Below are positions 60,560 to 64,000 of a DNA stretch of 64,000 nt, in pieces (position 1 is the first letter of the stretch; the number at the start of each line of letters is the position of its first letter). The DNA comes from Longimicrobiales bacterium. Its GTDB lineage: Bacteria > Gemmatimonadota > Gemmatimonadetes > Longimicrobiales > Gaopeijiaceae. Under the pieces are notes generated by a model that was given only the letters and a program-made list of their open reading frames with translations, did not search any database and was not told where the DNA came from. A program made the position numbers and the translations under genes. Location of the stretch: positions 224,001-288,000 of the forward strand of contig OZ242008.1 of the NCBI GenBank assembly GCA_965204735.1, in the 5' to 3' direction.

Positions 60560-63500
60560 TCAGCGGATCGTCGCCCGGGCGCCCAGCTGGACCCGCCACC
60601 GGGAGAACGCCCCCGGGTCGGGCATGAACGTCTTGGCGGGCGCGGTGAATTCGAACACCGGCTCGCCTTCCGCGTCGAACTCCACCAAGCGCAAGGGCGA
60701 GGTCGCCGACGGGTTGGCGGTCTTGCGAACTCCCCACGCGCTGTTGACAAGGTTGCCGACGTTCATGGCGTCCACGCTCAGCTGCAAGGTCCGACCGCCG
60801 AACGCGATGTCCTGCAAGATGCGGACGTCCACGCCGGTGAACCACGGTGCCAGCGCGCCCATCCGCTCCGAGATGCGGCCCCGGTTGCGGCTCAAGTACG
60901 GGTCTTGCTCGATGAAGGCGTTCAGCGCCGCCCACTGCGACGGGTCCGCCAACTTGATCTCGCTCTGGTCGCGGGGCACGTAGATCAGGTCGTTGCCGGC
61001 GTATCCGTCGCCGTTCACGTCGCCAGCGTAGACGAAGGAAAAGCGGTTGCCGCCCGCAGCCGTGAAGCGCCCGCCTTGGGCCGCTTCCGCAAACACGCCG
61101 ACGTGCGTGGCGAACCGCTCGGACCAAGTGCGCGTGTACGTCGCCGTGGCCAGCACGCGGTGCCTGGGGCCGAACTCGGACCACGAAAGGCGCGGGTTGT
61201 TGGGGTCGCCCTGAGAGGGCATGTTCTGCCACATGAGCGACGCGATTTCCGTCGTCTTCATGTTGTTCTTGGCCTGGGTGAAGGCGTAGGCGAGAGACGC
61301 GGCGCCGGAGGCGAAAGTCCTGCGCAGCTCCCCCGTTGCACTGACGTTGTAGCCTTCGCTGGTGTTGTCCAGGATGTAGATGCCGGCTCCGCCGTCGTCG
61401 TTGAGTTCGCTGGCGCCGGGCCCGCCGTAGTAGGGCCGTCCGTCCCTCAGCGTTCGAGCGGGCCTGGCCAAGTCGGCATTGCGGACGACCACGGCGTTGA
61501 CGTCGTTGCCGTAGACCAGCTCGACGGTGGCCTCGAGTCCTTCGGCGATCTCGTGGTCCACGGCGATGTCGGTCACCCACACCTGCGGCCACTTGAAGTC
61601 CGGGTCCAAGGCGTTCAGGTCGAACGACTGCTGCAGGACCGTGTTCTCGCTGATCTCGACCTGGGGCACGTCGGTTCCCGGCGCCCAGATGTTGGGGTTG
61701 GCGCCCGGGTTGGAAACGACGTTGCCGAACCAAACGAAGGGAATGCGGCCGGTAAAGAGTCCGGTTCCGCCCCGCAGGCGAGTCGATCCGTCGCCGCGCG
61801 CGTCCCAGTTGAAGCCGAGGCGTGGAGAGAGGAGCGGCGCGGCGCCGGGAAGTGCGCTCTGGTCCACGGTCTCCGGGTCTCCGTGCTGGTCGATGGCGAC
61901 GAGAGACCGAGAGTAGGGGTTGTCCACGGGCTCGGTGAAGTACATGGGCACGTCCACCCGAACCCCCGCCGTCAGGTGAAGGTTGGCGCCGACGGGAAAC
62001 TCGTCCTGGGCGTAGAACGACAGCTGGCCGACCTCGGTCTTCTCTCCCTTGTACGGGCCGGTTCCGATCATGCTTCCGAAGTCCTTGGCGGCGTCTTCCG
62101 TGGCGGAAAAGAACTCGTCCACCGAAGAGAAAGTGGAGCCGATGGGCAGGAAATAGGGCAGGAAGAAGAGGCCGTGGCGGAAGAGGTTGAACGAGTTGAG
62201 GAAGCCGAAGTACTCGAAGTTGACCCCAGCCGTCAGAGCGTGCCTTCCCCTGTAGTAGGTCAGGTTGTTGGTGAGTTGATAGACGTTCTGGTCGACCACG
62301 TTGCGAATCGAGAAGGGCTCGTGGCCCAGGGTCGTGTAGCCGATTCCGTCCTCGCCGATCTCGATTGTCGGGTAGTCTTCGCTGAAGGGTTCGCGGAAGT
62401 CGCGGAACCGGTTGTAGCTCGCAAAGAAGCGGTTGGCGTAGCTGTCGCCCCGGCTGTTGAGTTCCACGGCGAGGGAGTGGAGGTTGTTGTTGATCGCGTA
62501 GCCGGAGTTCCGAAACGGAAGGGACGCAGCGTTGGGGCCGCGACCCGCGTTGTTGTAGGCGAGAGCGAAAGCATGCGGGCCCTGTTCTCGACGGGCGTCC
62601 AAGTAGCTGTAGCGGACGGTCAGGTGCTGCCGGTCGCTGGCGTTCCAGTCGACCTTGGCCAGCAGCTTGTTGTTGTCGGTTGCGTGGACGTAGTCTTCGT
62701 AGGGGCCGGGGTCGTAGCCGTAGGCGGCGATCATCCGGTCGCGGATGGCGTCCATGACGTCGGCCCGCACTCGCGACTCGCCCAACTCCAGGACGCCGTC
62801 CCTGTCGGCCACGAAGTCGGAACCCGGATCGTCTCGCCGCTCGATCTCGGCGTTGGCGAAGAAGAGCAGCTTGTTGCGGACCAAGGGTCCCGAAAACGTG
62901 ATTCCCGACTGGTTGAACGCCAAGTCCGGGCGTGCCGAAACCGTGACGCCCTCGATCTTGTTGCCGATCAGAGACTCGTTGCGCGTGAACGTGTAGACGG
63001 AAGCGCGGAACTCGTTGGTGCCGCTCTTGGTGACGGTGTTCACGTTGGCGCCGGTGAATCCTCCTTCCCGCACGTCGAAGGGCGCGACCGACACGTGCAC
63101 CTGCTCGATCGCGTCGAAGGGGACGGGTTCGGCGTTGGCTTGGCCGCCGGGCGCCGGGTCGTCGAGTCCAAAGGGGTTGCTGAAGTACGAGCCGTCCAAG
63201 GAGACGTTGTTGAAGAGCCAGTTGCGGCCGGCGAAGGCCAAGTTGCCGTCGTTGCGGGGATCCGTGCGAATCAGGTCGCGCACGGTGCGCTTGACGGAAG
63301 GCAGAACGGCCACCTGCACCGGATCGACCGACGTGGCGGCTCCCGTGCGTCCCGCCTCTGCAAGGTCCTTTGCCGTGACCACGACCTCGATGCCCTGGAG
63401 CTGCACGGCCTGGGCCGTCAGCCGGAAGTCGATCCGCAAGGTCTGCCCCAGAACGACGAAGACGCCTTCTTCCGACTGGGCGCCGAAACCGATGAACTCG

Positions 63501-63799
63501 ACCGTGACCGTGTACGGTCCGCCTACGCGCAGGTTGGGGAGCCCGAAGGCGCCGCCCTCCCTGCTGACGGCAGAGTAGCGGGCGCCGGACTCCACGTGCA
63601 CGGCGACAACGGACGCGCCGGACAGCGGCCGACCGTCGGAGTCGTGGACGAATCCGGCGACGGCCCCCGTGGTGACGCCTTGGGCGGACACGCCGACGGG
63701 AAGCGTCGGCACGGCGGCCGCCGCAAGGGCAAGGGCGAGCGCCGCCGGGCGGCAGACGGCGAGGATCGCGGATGGCGACGACGAACGAACGAGCTTCAT
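60560..63799 (-). CDS. Oar-like TonB-dependent receptor
   Basis: Carboxypeptidase-regulatory-like N-terminus; APFDVREGGFTGANVNTVTKSGTN; SPRLGFNWD. Confidence 0.9.
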   Translation of the reverse strand: MKLVRSSSPSAILAVCRPAALALALAAAAVPTLPVGVSAQGVTTGAVAGFVHDSDGRPLSGASVVAVHVESGARYSAVSREGGAFGLPNLRVGGPYTVTVEFIGFGAQSEEGVFVVLGQTLRIDFRLTAQAVQLQGIEVVVTAKDLAEAGRTGAATSVDPVQVAVLPSVKRTVRDLIRTDPRNDGNLAFAGRNWLFNNVSLDGSYFSNPFGLDDPAPGGQANAEPVPFDAIEQVHVSVAPFDVREGGFTGANVNTVTKSGTNEFRASVYTFTRNESLIGNKIEGVTVSARPDLAFNQSGITFSGPLVRNKLLFFANAEIERRDDPGSDFVADRDGVLELGESRVRADVMDAIRDRMIAAYGYDPGPYEDYVHATDNNKLLAKVDWNASDRQHLTVRYSYLDARREQGPHAFALAYNNAGRGPNAASLPFRNSGYAINNNLHSLAVELNSRGDSYANRFFASYNRFRDFREPFSEDYPTIEIGEDGIGYTTLGHEPFSIRNVVDQNVYQLTNNLTYYRGRHALTAGVNFEYFGFLNSFNLFRHGLFFLPYFLPIGSTFSSVDEFFSATEDAAKDFGSMIGTGPYKGEKTEVGQLSFYAQDEFPVGANLHLTAGVRVDVPMYFTEPVDNPYSRSLVAIDQHGDPETVDQSALPGAAPLLSPRLGFNWDARGDGSTRLRGGTGLFTGRIPFVWFGNVVSNPGANPNIWAPGTDVPQVEISENTVLQQSFDLNALDPDFKWPQVWVTDIAVDHEIAEGLEATVELVYGNDVNAVVVRNADLARPARTLRDGRPYYGGPGASELNDDGGAGIYILDNTSEGYNVSATGELRRTFASGAASLAYAFTQAKNNMKTTEIASLMWQNMPSQGDPNNPRLSWSEFGPRHRVLATATYTRTWSERFATHVGVFAEAAQGGRFTAAGGNRFSFVYAGDVNGDGYAGNDLIYVPRDQSEIKLADPSQWAALNAFIEQDPYLSRNRGRISERMGALAPWFTGVDVRILQDIAFGGRTLQLSVDAMNVGNLVNSAWGVRKTANPSATSPLRLVEFDAEGEPVFEFTAPAKTFMPDPGAFSRWRVQLGARATIR

Positions 63800-64000
63800 G
63801 GCTGGCGTGGGGTGCGGGGACCGCTCCAAAGGCGCCGGCGAGCCAGGGCCGAGGCGATCTCGGAGACGATGCTCCTCTTTTGGCCGTCGGCCTGCACATG
63901 CACCTGAAACGTCTGCATGGTTCCGTTGTCGGCCATGTCGTAGAGCTTGCCGTCCAGGACGAACGGCGTCGGCGACGCTTCCACGACCGCCCCGGGCGAG
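63796..64000 (-). CDS. 3' end of a gene continuing beyond the window
   Basis: Frame open to the window edge; stop overlaps ATG 63799; SPTPFVLDGKLY resembles a beta-propeller strand. Confidence 0.4.
   Translation of the reverse strand, partial: SPGAVVEASPTPFVLDGKLYDMADNGTMQTFQVHVQADGQKRSIVSEIASALARRRLWSGPRTPRQP

Overview
High-GC bacterial chromosomal window. The gene set (several SusC/SusD pairs, other TonB-dependent receptors, a secreted amidohydrolase) suggests Gemmatimonadota; the Rpn nuclease, eukaryote-type sterol reductase and Sel1-like repeats hint at a host-associated lifestyle such as a sponge symbiont (inference only). Left to right: outer-membrane genes; an Rpn nuclease; a DHCR7/DWF5-type sterol reductase whose stop codon is the insertion site of an IS1634 element; a ~16 kb mosaic defence island (8.4-24.4 kb); three SusC/SusD pairs interrupted by accessory genes and an IS1202-family element with a 17-bp target duplication; an RnfD-like/Sel1 membrane protein; an amidohydrolase; a ligA-antiporter-aminotransferase operon; phhB; a degenerate type I-E-like CRISPR-resembling mini-array; 17 CCA-less tRNA genes; an oxidoreductase-wecB pair; and an Oar-like receptor. 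The defence island is an HTH-SNF2-DUF3883 helicase / DUF1156 methyltransferase / DUF499 ATPase backbone. Nested in it are a retropepsin-like gene, a low-GC MORC-nuclease plus C5-methyltransferase cassette, a VapC remnant and an ABC-ATPase/MAD4-like pair. The helicase is split by a TATC duplication. All family calls are from motif recognition by eye; no database search was run.
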